A stretch of 63,539 bases of DNA, the filler included, from Reclinomonas americana ATCC 50394 (lineage: Eukaryota), in the NCBI GenBank assembly GCA_048213135.1. It is 9 parts of 6 records of this genome, joined end to end, with 100 filler letters (N's around TTAATTAATTAA, not from the genome) between each part and the next. Parts side by side here need not be neighbours in the genome. Positions count along the whole stretch, not along the records: positions 45,267 to 53,204 come from PS015261.1; positions 53,305 to 57,985 come from PS015261.1; positions 58,086 to 60,517 come from PS015262.1; positions 60,618 to 62,300 come from PS015263.1; positions 62,401 to 63,539 come from PS015264.1; 4 more parts are not named here. One strand, written 5' to 3'. Every line of letters starts with the position of its first letter. Position 1 is the stretch's first letter. Under the pieces are notes generated by a model. That model had not been told where the DNA came from. It searched no databases and saw nothing but the letters and a program-made list of their open reading frames with translations. Shown here piece by piece: positions 52,501 through 63,024 of the stretch. The translations under genes and the position numbers were made by a program.

Positions 52501-52931
52501 TGTGCGTCGCCATCATCAAGTGGTGGTGAGCACAGCAAATCAACAACATCGCAAGATAGAACAGCGACGCAACTTGGTTGGTGATCACGCTCGGCAGATC
52601 CACACCGTCCTCTGCAATCAAACGACCCTCGACCACGAGTCTACGCGATCCAGGCGCAATGTAGAATGTCGAGTTGGTCGACGTTTGCTGCATGCGGAAG
52701 TCGCCACCGCGTGTGTTCACATTCCACGTGTCGGTGACAAAGTCGAGAATGCCACTGTGGAATTCGTCAGCAAGACAGGGAAAAAAACACCCCAGCACGT
52801 GGTTGTGGCAGCACGTAACTTGCCGGGTTTGAGAGTGATGCCACCAGTGTTGGAGATGATAAAATTGTTGGTGTCGGCCGAGATGCTATTGCCGATCTTG
52901 GGCTCCAGCGACAGCGTACCGTTGCCACTCA
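49579..52931 (-). CDS. Fibre-like T/S/G/A-rich beta-repeat protein with C-terminal peptidase S74 / intramolecular chaperone domain and coiled coil; 5' end missing
   Basis: Sixteen in-phase exons. C-terminus NGNLQVRGI|VTMSSRRFKTNITPI..LDRILSLQGVQYDR..GLIAEDVLNIVPE|VV..AIAYQELVPFLIESVKALKSE. Confidence 0.85.
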
Positions 52932-53030
52932 CTTGCAAACAAGTGGGTGTCGTCTGGAAAGGGGGAAGGGAGAGGGAGAGGGAATGGGGAGAGTGAGAGG
53001 GAGAGAGGGAGGGTGGGTGGGAGGGGGAAG

Positions 53031-53074
<44 letters not shown>

Positions 53075-53451
53075 GAGGAGGAGGAGGAGGAGGAGGAGGA
53101 GGAGGTGTGCGACGCGCGACGAACGAAGAGAGTAGAGACGCACGACGACGGAACGAACGAACGACGCGGCGACGCGACCGCCGACGTACGACGACCGCCG
53201 TACCNNNNNNNNNNNNNNNNNNNNNNNNNNNNNNNNNNNNNNNNNNNNTTAATTAATTAANNNNNNNNNNNNNNNNNNNNNNNNNNNNNNNNNNNNNNNN
53301 NNNNGAGAGAGAGAGCGCGAGAGGGGGAGAGTGAGAATGGATACAGAGAGACGAGAGACAGAGAGAGAAAGAAAGAACAGTCTGCATATATCACAAAACA
53401 GATCCAAGCGAATACCGAGCGAGTGAGTCACCGCACGGAGAAGCACTCACC

Positions 53452-54313
53452 GAGAACCGCGAGCGAAGCGCACTGACAAACTCGGGGACATCCTCCTTCC
53501 TCTGCCGGATGGGTGTGCCGCCAGGCGACCGTTGCAACTAAAACAACCCAACAAGAAGAGCACTGAGCGGCAACAACAAGAGCGATACCGACATAGAAAA
53601 CCGCACACAAAACGCACCTGCCCCACAGTCTTGAGCTTCACCGGACCCGCATTGCGCAGAATGTCGGCAATGCTCATCACAGGGTCCTTGGGACCGCCAG
53701 GAACGCCCATCGGCCGGTGCGACTTGGACTGTGCGCATATGCATGAGCTTCCCGGAAGGAAAAAATCAATGGAAAAAAAGGAGAGACTCAACAATGACCA
53801 GCATGCGCTTTGGCGGTGGTGGTGGTGGGCCTCCGGGTGGAGGTGGCGGCGGAGGCGGCGGAGGTGGAGGAGGTGCGGAAGACGATCTCGGACCTGGAAA
53901 AACAGCACAAGTGAGCGAGAGAGAGAGAGAGAGAGATGAGAGAGAGAGAGTGTGCGTGTGATGAGCGAAGGGAGATGCCGGTATCTCTTTCGTGACATGA
54001 CATGATGCGACTGCGCGCGTGACTATCGCCTTTTCTCTCTCTCACTCGCTCAACGCACATGTGTGACAAAGAGAGAGAGAGAGAGAGCACGCGCGCGTGC
54101 GTCGGAAGACGAGAAAACGAACACACACACGGCACGCGCTATCACCCGTCACAGAAACCAACAGACACACACGCATGTAAAACGCACACGCTCAACAAGA
54201 CCACACAGCAGTCAAACACACACACATAACACACACAACGCACACAAACAAGCACAAAAACGCGTGCTGTGAACAACACAACATCACCACCAGTCACACC
54301 TCTCTCTCTCTTG

Positions 54314-54363
<50 letters not shown>

Positions 54364-54862
54364 TTCTCTCTCACACACACCTCCCATCGCGGCAGTGGTG
54401 GTGGAGGCAATGGTCAGTCGCGAGATCTCATCGCGCAGCATGGACAACTCTCGCTCCAGCAGCTCCAGCTTGCCCGTGCTGATTGGCCCTCCACTTGCAC
54501 CAGCAGCGCCAGCAGTAGTGCCCTGATGATCCGCAGTCACTGACTCATCACCACCACCTGCGCACTCATCATCGGGGATCTCTGCCAGCACAACGCCCAC
54601 TGTCGCAGAGGAGGCAGCAGAGGCGGCGGCCACGCGGCGGCGGATGCGTCGGATCTTCTTCTTTACTCGTCGCTTGGTGCTCTGTGTGTCACACATCAGT
54701 CCGCTTGCTCACTCATTGTGTCTCTCTCTGTTGTTACGAAACTGCGTCATTGGTGTTGCGTATGCGCTGCCACAGTGTGCGGATGTAGCGTAGCATGCGC
54801 TCGATGACGGAGCGCACAGAGGTTACAGTGCCGCGGTAGATGGAGGTGAGCACGCCCGGCAT
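53452..54862 (-). CDS. MTFR1/PRR11-like proline-rich protein, 3' end truncated
   Basis: Amphipathic N-terminus, KLELLERELSMLRDEISRL, poly-Pro, SIADILRNAGPVKLKTV, RSPGGTP and ALRSRF. Confidence 0.68.
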
Positions 54863-55082
54863 TTTTTGTTTTTCCTCTCGTCGGATGCGTGAATTGTGCC
54901 GTTGGTTCGGACATTTGGACGCGGTGGGACTGTCCACTTCGCGGAGCGCGAAGTGATTGTTTGAAGGCAGAACTGGTCGTTTGGGTGTTGCAGATGCGTT
55001 GGATAGCCACGCGCTCGAGCTCAGAAGTCTCTCTCTCTCTCTCTCTCTGGTTCCTTTTTCTGTTGTCTCGCAGACCTGATTG

Positions 55083-57060
55083 TTCCTGACCTCGACAGCC
55101 CTACGAGGCCTGTACCAATGCTCTCCCCTCTCCTTCCTGTGTTGCTCTTTCGACGATTGACGATGCACGCGCACAAAGTCCTCTCTCTCTCTCGATCTCT
55201 GTCTATCTCTCGGATCGATATCGATCGCGAAGAATTCGAAAGACCTTCCGTTCTTCGTTTTCTGTCTCGCTATTAACCTCGCACAGCCCTGTACATGGTA
55301 CGGCGCCTTCCTGTGGTGCTCATTCGACGATTGACGATGCACGCGCACAAAGTCCTCTCTCTCTCTCTCGGAACGATTGCGAAGGAAGACGTTCCGTTCT
55401 TCGTTGCCTCCTGCATCGACGACAGCCCTGCAGGCGCCATGCTCTCCTTTCTGTGGTGCTCGACAGACGATTGACGATGCATCTGCATGCATCATCATCG
55501 CTGTTCACCTTGCGTTCCTGCTGGCTGCTCCCCCTCCCATTCCCCATCTCCTCTCGTCATCGTGTTTGCTGCTCCTTCCCTTCTCCCTCTCTGCGTCCTC
55601 TTGTTGCCACCACTTCCCCTTGGCATCATCATCCTCCCACACCACCACCACCACCTCTTGTTCTCCTCACCTTTTCAGATCACATGGGGATTGCATTCGA
55701 TTCATTGTTGCAGATGCTGCTGCTGTGCTCGGCTTACATCAGTCCACCAAACCGCAGCAGACGAGACAGCTGCACCTGGTGATCCACCTCGCTGACCTCC
55801 TCGCCGTTCGCCTCCTCTTCGTTGGCCTTGACAACTGCGCCTGGCGACGTCGGGCAGATGGAGGGAATGTTGAAGGCGGCTGCGTCGGCACTCGACAAGC
55901 GCTGAATGTTGTGGGGGAAGCTCTTCTCCTTGCGGAACAGCGCCCGGTTCACATCAAACGTGTGCTCCAGCAGAACCGAGTACACGGAGCAGTCCGCATC
56001 CGACACCGTGGTGGTAAAGTTGGCGTGCACTCCGTTGATCGGGTACGAGGCAAACCACGTGGAGTACGACCCAAGACTGTCGGGCGACGCCGGGTTACCG
56101 AGGACCAGCGAACCAAGGTACGTCTCGCCAATGTTGTCGCCGTGGCATTCGCCCATGTACTTGTAGTCAGCTGGGAGCGGCGACATGGAGCATTGGTTCT
56201 CGTTGACAATGATGAACACTTGGTGCTGCGAGAAAAAACATATGAGCAAGCCAGACATCGATGGGAGAGACAGAGCCCACCAGCCTGCAGAGAGCAGCGC
56301 CGAACAAATCGTGAAAGCACAACATCATCCATCAAACACACATACAGTCTCTTCTTCCTTCGCTCTCTCTCCCCTCTCACTTGTGCGCACACCCTTCCCC
56401 CCATCAAACACCTGCTTGTAGAGCGCCAAAGTGCGCACAGTGGTGGTCACTCCTGGCTGTGCCATTGACGTGTGCTTCTCCACAAACGCGATGCGCTGGT
56501 TGGCACCATCCTTGTACACATAGCCATCGACAAAGGCGCTGCCAATGGCCGGCGGATTGCTTTGACTGCCCATGCCTTCCATGAAGCCGGCATAAGGCGC
56601 CTTCCACTCGCTCAGTGAGAAGCAGCAGCCCTTGTGTGTCTGGGCGCATGTGGTGGTGGACTGCAGGAGCGCCAGGGCGAGAGCCAGAGAGAGGCTGAGA
56701 AGGAGAACGTGTGTGCGCGACATCGATGACTGTTTGTTCGGAAGCGGGGGATCAGGACGACAGGCCGTCGCCCTTCTTCGTTTGTCTCCTGCCTCGTTTC
56801 CTGTCCTCGACAGCACCGCAGATACAATGCTCTACTTCCTGGTGCTCGCCGGACGAATGACGATGAGTCTGCATGCATCATCATCACTGTTCACATTGCA
56901 TTCCTGTTGCAATTGGCTGCTCCTCATCTCCTTTCGTCATCCTGCTGCTCCCTTCCTTCCCCTCCCTCATTCATCTCCTCAACATCACTTCACCTTCCTC
57001 TTTCTCTCTCCCCTTCGCATTGATTTTCACAGCACATCATGCATTCGCATTCACTGACTC
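55083..57060. repeat. Four diverged direct copies of a non-coding element (~55083, ~55276, ~55399, ~56775)
   Basis: Shared blocks CGACAGC, ATGCTCT, TTCCTG and GACGA(T/A)TGACGATG. The last two copies also share TCTGCATGCATCATCATC.CTGTTCAC.TTGC.TTCCTG. Confidence 0.75.
55734..56723 (-). CDS. Ependymin-related (EPDR-like) secreted/lysosomal protein, 2 exons
   Basis: Signal peptide, GCC..W, Y.DGANQRI, spaced Cys, YLGSLVLG and C-terminal AFNIPSIC. Confidence 0.75.
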
Positions 57061-57349
57061 GAACGGTGGACGACCACGCTCTCGAATGTGCTTCTACACT
57101 GCGGCTGCGGTATTAAACCAGCGGNNNNNNNNNNNNNNNNNNNNNNNNNNNNNNNNNNNNNNNNNNNNNNNNNNNNNNNNNNNNNNNNNNNNNNNNNNNN
57201 NNNNNNNNNNNNNNNNNNNNNNNNNNNNNNNNNNNNNNNNNNNNNNNNNNNNNNNNNNNNNNNNNNNNNNNNNNNNNNNNNNNNNNNNNNNNNNNNNNNN
57301 NNNNNNNNNNNNNNNNNNNNNNNNNNNNNNNNNNNNNNNNNNNNNNNNN

Positions 57350-57985
57350 CCACACAGCCGGGAACGGCGACACGTCGCAGTTGGCGCCGCTGAGCAGGGC
57401 GCAGCAGTTGCCATTGGTGCGATCGGTGGTGCCGGGCGGGCACACAGCGGTGCCGGCCTTGACCTCAGCGTAGTTGCGGCAGTTCTCCGGGCACGCTGGC
57501 GGTGGCGGTGGCGGCGGGATCGGCCACACAGCGGGGAAGGGCGACACGTCGCAGTTGGCGCCAGTCAGCAGAGCGCAGCAGTTGCCGTTGGTGCGATCGG
57601 TGGTGCCGGGCGGGCACACAGCGGTGCCGGCCTTGACCTCAGCGTAGTTCTTGCAGTTCTCCGGGCACACCGCTGGTGGTGGCGGTGGTGGCGGTGGCGG
57701 CGGTGGCGGCGGGGAAGCCGGCGGCCACACAGCGGGGAAGGGCGACACCTCGCAGTTGGCACCAGTGCGCAGAGCGCAGCAGTTGCCGTTGGTGAAGTCG
57801 GTGGTGCCGGGCGGGCACACAGCGGTGCCGGCCTTGACCTCCGAGTAGTTCTTGCAGTTCAGCGGGCACGTCGGCGCCGGTGGTGGTGGCGGCGGCGGCG
57901 GCGGCGGTGGCGGCGGGGAAGCCGGCGGCCACACAGCGGGGAAGGGAGAGACCTCGCAGTTAGCACCAGTGCGGAGGCCGCAGCA
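57350..57985 (-). CDS. Fragment with tandem 6-Cys modules separated by poly-Pro linkers
   Basis: Three full copies and one partial copy of CPENCKNYAEVKAGTAVCPPGTTDRTNGNCCALLTGANCDVSPFPAVWP in one open frame. Confidence 0.8.
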
Positions 57986-58085
57986 NNNNNNNNNNNNNNN
58001 NNNNNNNNNNNNNNNNNNNNNNNNNNNNNTTAATTAATTAANNNNNNNNNNNNNNNNNNNNNNNNNNNNNNNNNNNNNNNNNNNN

Positions 58086-58759
58086 CTCGCACTGACGGGT
58101 CCATGAAGACAATGTGCACTCCACGAAGGACAAATGGAAGCGATTACTCCTCGAAGACTGCACACGACAATGGAGTGAGCCGAGCAAATGATCAAGACAG
58201 AGACGAGAAATAAGGAACAGCGGGAGAGAGGGAGAGAGAGATGGAAGAATAGGCAGACACACCAGCTGTGGCTGAGCTCCGGCAAGGCACAACACGGCCA
58301 GTAGGTCAAGCTTCGACGATTTGAGTGAGTCGCGATGGCCCTCCCATTCTTCCAAGTCCGACGCCGAGCTAATGTCACCATCGCTCTCAGTCTTTTCGAC
58401 TGCCCAGTGTAGGTTGCAGACAATCGAACTCATGGCTCTTGCAAGCACATCGGTGCCAACAAGCGGCCGTGCAGAAGGCAGTGACAACAGAACTCGCATC
58501 CATCGAGGCGCGAGGCGCTGCTCGTTGAATACCCGAGCAAGAACTCGTGGCCACACACCACGCCTTGCAACTTCGGTGATAACTGCCCTCACGAAGGTAT
58601 CCGTAGACACTTGATGGTCGTCTGAACAGTGCGCAAGGCAAATGACAAGGTCATCCGTTGCTATGAGTGGCCGATAGCGCTCCCGCTCAAGCAGGCACAT
58701 CGCGGCCACAGGCAGTCGACTCCAGTCACGTTTCCGTCCACAATACAGCACGTGGCGAA
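58086..58759 (-). CDS. Hypothetical helical protein fragment
   Basis: Open frame of ~220 codons between a gap and a linker, with a probable intron near 58180-58263. Confidence 0.4.
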
Positions 58760-59374
58760 NNNNNNNNNNNNNNNNNNNNNNNNNNNNNNNNNNNNNNNNN
58801 NNNNNNNNNNNNNNNNNNNNNNNNNNNNNNNNNNNNNNNNNNNNNNNNNNNNNNNNNNNNNNNNNNNNNNNNNNNNNNNNNNNNNNNNNNNNNNNNNNNN
58901 NNNNNNNNNNNNNNNNNNNNNNNNNNNNNNNNNNNNNNNNNNNNNNNNNNNNNNNNNNNNNNNNNNNNNNNNNNNNNNNNNNNNNNNNNNNNNNNNNNNN
59001 NNNNNNNNNNNNNNNNNNNNNNNNNNNNNNNNNNNNNNNNNNNNNNNNNNNNNNNNNNNNNNNNNNNNNNNNNNNNNNNNNNNNNNNNNNNNNNNNNNNN
59101 NNNNNNNNNNNNNNNNNNNNNNNNNNNNNNNNNNNNNNNNNNNNNNNNNNNNNNNNNNNNNNNNNNNNNNNNNNNNNNNNNNNNNNNNNNNNNNNNNNNN
59201 NNNNNNNNNNNNNNNNNNNNNNNNNNNNNNNNNNNNNNNNNNNNNNNNNNNNNNNNNNNNNNNNNNNNNNNNNNNNNNNNNNNNNNNNNNNNNNNNNNNN
59301 NNNNNNNNNNNNNNNNNNNNNNNNNNNNNNNNNNNNNNNNNNNNNNNNNNNNNNNNNNNNNNNNNNNNNNNNNN

Positions 59375-59824
59375 TGTGCTCTCGCCTCGACCGAGTGCAT
59401 GCTCGACCATTCGTTGCCGTTCCCACTGGTGCAACTCAGTCGCGCTATTGCTCCGCCGGACTCTCGCAACTCGGCGCCTTCATTTGGAGTGCTTCGCCAC
59501 CTGATCGACGCTCTGGTCGTTGGAGATGGTGATCGCTCGTACCGTAAGAATTGTGCTCGTCGATGCCGTTCCGAGTTGCCGCTTGTTCGGATGCTGGCAC
59601 CGGGTGGCGTTTTGCGTGGCTTGTCGAGAACGACTCTGCATCGAGTGCTGCTTTACGAGATCTATCACGTTCTGCTGGCCGACAAGTTGCGGGCCAGCAT
59701 GGGTGTGGTGTTGCCATCGGACTTGTGGATGCACATCGTGCTCTTCGTTTGGTTGCCTCGGCGATGGGAGCGCACACTATTATACAAGGCACGTCGTCTC
59801 GCTGAAATGGAAAATAAATGGTGA
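59375..59824 (+). CDS. 3' part of a hypothetical protein with a near-terminal F-box-like motif
   Basis: Open frame ending ..VVLPSDLWMHIVLFVW..ENKW*. Confidence 0.45.
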   Translation, partial: CALASTECMLDHSLPFPLVQLSRAIAPPDSRNSAPSFGVLRHLIDALVVGDGDRSYRKNCARRCRSELPLVRMLAPGGVLRGLSRTTLHRVLLYEIYHVLLADKLRASMGVVLPSDLWMHIVLFVWLPRRWERTLLYKARRLAEMENKW

Positions 59825-60031
59825 TTCAGTCCACTCCTGTTGGTTCTCTCAGAGCACAGCAACACGTCGGATCCTCTATCGATAACGCCCGTGTTTGCAA
59901 CTGATGTGACGCACCCTGTCGGCTGAGCGCGCGACTTCCGTCAACTTGAGATGTCCTGTGTCGGCCTCCAACACGACCGACACACACAATAACACGGACA
60001 CGCACACTCGAGAGAGAGCTCGTCAACGAGG

Positions 60032-60517
60032 ATGTCATCTCCGCCGCGCGCACCACTCACCTTGTCGCCGACAGAGGTTTACGAGCAGCTGCTGCAGAAG
60101 GCTCGCCTGATTGGCCAGACGTGTGCCAATGTGCTGGAGAATATCGACAACAATGTGCTTGAGCGTGCAGCTCGGAGTGTGTATGTTGCGTTGTGTCGCA
60201 ACGCCGGAACGGAGCCTGTACCAGCACCAGTCACTAGCAGACAAGTGCGTCGCACGTGCGCAGGTGCTCCAGCGTCCATTGTGAGCTGACATCTTCCTCA
60301 CAATAGGTTGCTGACCGAGGAATGTATTATCGCCACGACGCAGCGCCGGCGCCGGCATCTGCGATTCTGGTGCATGCCGCGTGCGGGCGTGTTGACGACA
60401 TGATGACCGCGCTCTCGCAAGATGCGTCGGCGGCCGCCAAGTTGACTTCGCGATACGAATACTCTTTGCCGCCGCCCCCTCACGACATGATTGCCACGTT
60501 CTCGCAAGATGAGTGGG
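60032..60517 (+). CDS. Hypothetical protein, 5' part
   Basis: MSSPPRAP..TSRQ|gtgcgt..caatag|VADRGMYYRH.., in frame up to the scaffold end. Confidence 0.5.
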
Positions 60518-60672
60518 NNNNNNNNNNNNNNNNNNNNNNNNNNNNNNNNNNNNNNNNNNNNTTAATTAATTAANNNNNNNNNNNNNNNNNNNNNNNNNNN
60601 NNNNNNNNNNNNNNNNNCGCTCGCCTTTCACGACGAACTCACCCACGTGTTTGTCGCTCTCGGCGTGCACAG

Positions 60673-61563
60673 GCATCGTCGGCGGTGAGTGTGAGTGTGC
60701 AGAGAGAGAGCGTTATGTAAATCCTGTTGCGTGTGTGCGTTTCTTGGCAGCTTCTTCAACTTTTCTTTGTTTGTGTGTTGTTGTTGTTGCTGACGTGTCT
60801 CTCTGGTGACCTGTGTGGTGTGTACACACGCACAGTCGGAGGTGAGTGGTGGTGCGCTGTGTGTCGAGTGCGTGCAGTGTGTTGGATTGATAGAAATCAA
60901 CGTTGTGTGTTTTTTTGTTTGTGTGTTTGCGTGTTTGTGTTTGGTGCACAGTTGTCCGACGAGGCGGGCGACTTGAAGGTGCGTGGAGGCAGACTCTGCA
61001 CGTGTTTGCTCTCTTCGCTTTACTCACATTGTGTCGTTGTTACACTGTGGATGCGCGCAGCTGGTTAGTTGTTCTCTGCTTGTGTGTGCGCGTGTGTGTT
61101 GTGCTTTGATACCTGTATTGTTCCTGACCCCACGTTTCACGAGCAGGCGCTGGAGGAGTCGCGGATGGAGTTGCAGAAGAAGGACGGAGAGCTGCAGAAG
61201 AAGGACGGAGAGCTGCAGAAGAAGGACGGAGAGCTGCGCGAGAAAGACGGAGAGCTGCGTGAGCAGAAGCTGATCATGGTTTGTGATCGGGTGTTTCATC
61301 CTTTGTGTTTGGTCGAACTGTCGACTGATTGCCGTCTCCTCATCTTTCCCTTGTTCTTGAAACGGTAGCGCGTGTTTCTCGGCGAGCAAATGATGGAGAC
61401 GATGGCGCGCATCTCCGAGCGTCGCTTGCAGGCTGCAGTCTTGGTGTCGCGCACGGACGAGTGGGCGGCGGCTGACCTGGTCCGCGTCGAGCGGGAGCTC
61501 CAGCAGGACGAGGCCACGCTGGAGCGCTTGCGTGCTGAGCTCGACAAGCACAAGCGTGCTTGA
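60673..61563 (+). CDS. 3' part of a coiled-coil protein with micro-exons and ELQKKDG heptad repeats
   Basis: Exons ASSA|SE|LSDEAGDLK|L|ALEESRMELQKKDG..IM|RVFLGEQ..KHKRA*, with 21-nt tandem repeats at ~61168-61270. Confidence 0.65.
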
Positions 61564-62240
61564 GTTGATCTTCGGCAGCGAGGGCCATGAATGCACAAGC
61601 ACATAACTGTGCTTGTTGTCGTTATCTGTCGATGACGACGCACTCTTTTTTTGTTTTACATATTCTCCCTCTTTCATTGCGACGTTTTTTTTTCTCTCTA
61701 TTCTTATGACTTGAGTTTCAGGGACGTGCGACGGTACTCCTCTTCAGCTACGCACACGCGAGTATAACTGTTGAACCCTGCTCTCAATGTTCATCTGTGA
61801 GATTTAGAGGTAGTGGAACAATTGCGTCTTTGTGTTTGCGTTGAGGATGATTCTGAGAGCATTCGTTTGTGCACCGTCGGCCTCTTAACTGTGACCGCTG
61901 CACATTAAGTGTCTACAACAACCAACAAACAGGCAACATGTAATATACAGTTACGTGAGCGCCGAGGAGCAGCAGTAGCAATTGCAACAAGGAGGAGGTC
62001 AACAAGGAGGTCAACAAAGAGGAGGAGATGAGTCGTCGGCATTGAGAAAGACACGCACCACTCTAGATCTGCTGAGTCTGCACAAGCCAATATCAACATT
62101 TGCGGAATTTCACACCATACCTGTACCACCACCGCACAGATTGGAAGAGAGCGAGAGAGGCACATCTCCCCTCTCCCTCTCTCTATTCTCACCGCGTCAC
62201 CATCGGCAATCAACAGACCACCAGTCGATCGCGAGGAAGG

Positions 62241-62300
62241 ATGAGCGCCGAGGAGCAGCAGCAGCAGCAACAAGGAGGAGGAGGAGGTCAACAAGGAGGA
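62241..62300 (+). CDS. Probable gene start MSAEEQQQQQQGGGGGQQGG, truncated at linker
   Basis: ATG followed by a Q/G-rich frame; a degenerate copy lies upstream at ~61955. Confidence 0.35.
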
Positions 62301-62454
62301 NNNNNNNNNNNNNNNNNNNNNNNNNNNNNNNNNNNNNNNNNNNNTTAATTAATTAANNNNNNNNNNNNNNNNNNNNNNNNNNNNNNNNNNNNNNNNNNNN
62401 CAATAGCGAGAGAACGAGCGAGACAATGTGCCGTCATTCTACAGTATTCTTTCT

Positions 62455-62496
<42 letters not shown>

Positions 62497-62613
62497 TTCC
62501 ACTAAGCCTCACTCTATTCGCTTCGCAACACCTTTGCTCTCTTCTCTGTCTCTTTTCTCTCTCTTCTCACTCTTTTCTCCCCCCCCTCTCCCCCTCCCCC
62601 TCCCTCTCCTCAC

Positions 62614-63024
62614 CTGCACCTCTCCACTCTGATGACACATATCACCATCGTGCAACCCCCTGCGCCCGGTAAGCACCGTCCGCGTCGACGGCAACTGCCG
62701 CAAGTCGTGCTGCTCGATGCGCCCGCTGTCGGTGAAGATGGTCACCGCGCACTCCTGCAGCGGATCGACGCACACGCGCACAGGCTGCGAGTCGAGCACC
62801 TTCTCGACCACCAGCGTCGACGTGCTGACCTCCCACACGCACAGTCGTTTGTCCTCGCTGCCGGCAATCAGGTAGTCGCCGTTGCGCGAAAAGGCGATCG
62901 AGTTGGCCAGCGCGGGGATCTCGGCGAGCAGGTCGAGCGTGACGGCCGAGTCCTGCGACCCCGACACGCGGCTCTCGTCAATGTGGCCGACGCTGATGGT
63001 CTGGTCTGCGGCCGCCACGGCCAT
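62614..63024 (-). CDS. WD40-repeat protein exon
   Basis: ANSIAFSRNGDYLIAGSEDKRLCVWEV, ending at the donor CAG|gtgagg. Confidence 0.7.

Noticed and set aside
53106-53204. ACG/GAC-rich pattern at scaffold end
   Set aside because: Resembles pyrosequencing noise after a microsatellite.
56750-56890. Box C/D snoRNA (ATGATGA..CTGA on the minus strand)
   Set aside because: The C box is part of a (CAT)n run, the sister repeat lacks a D box, and no terminal stem or guide was recognised.
62059-62120. Possible 4- and 5-nt minus-strand micro-exons
   Set aside because: No coherent flanking exons; the region is better explained as upstream of a plus-strand gene start.
24247-62400. Recurrent TTAATTAATTAA motif
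   Set aside because: Always centred in exactly 100 nt with N padding, so it is an artificial linker. Gene neighbourhoods across these linkers are meaningless.
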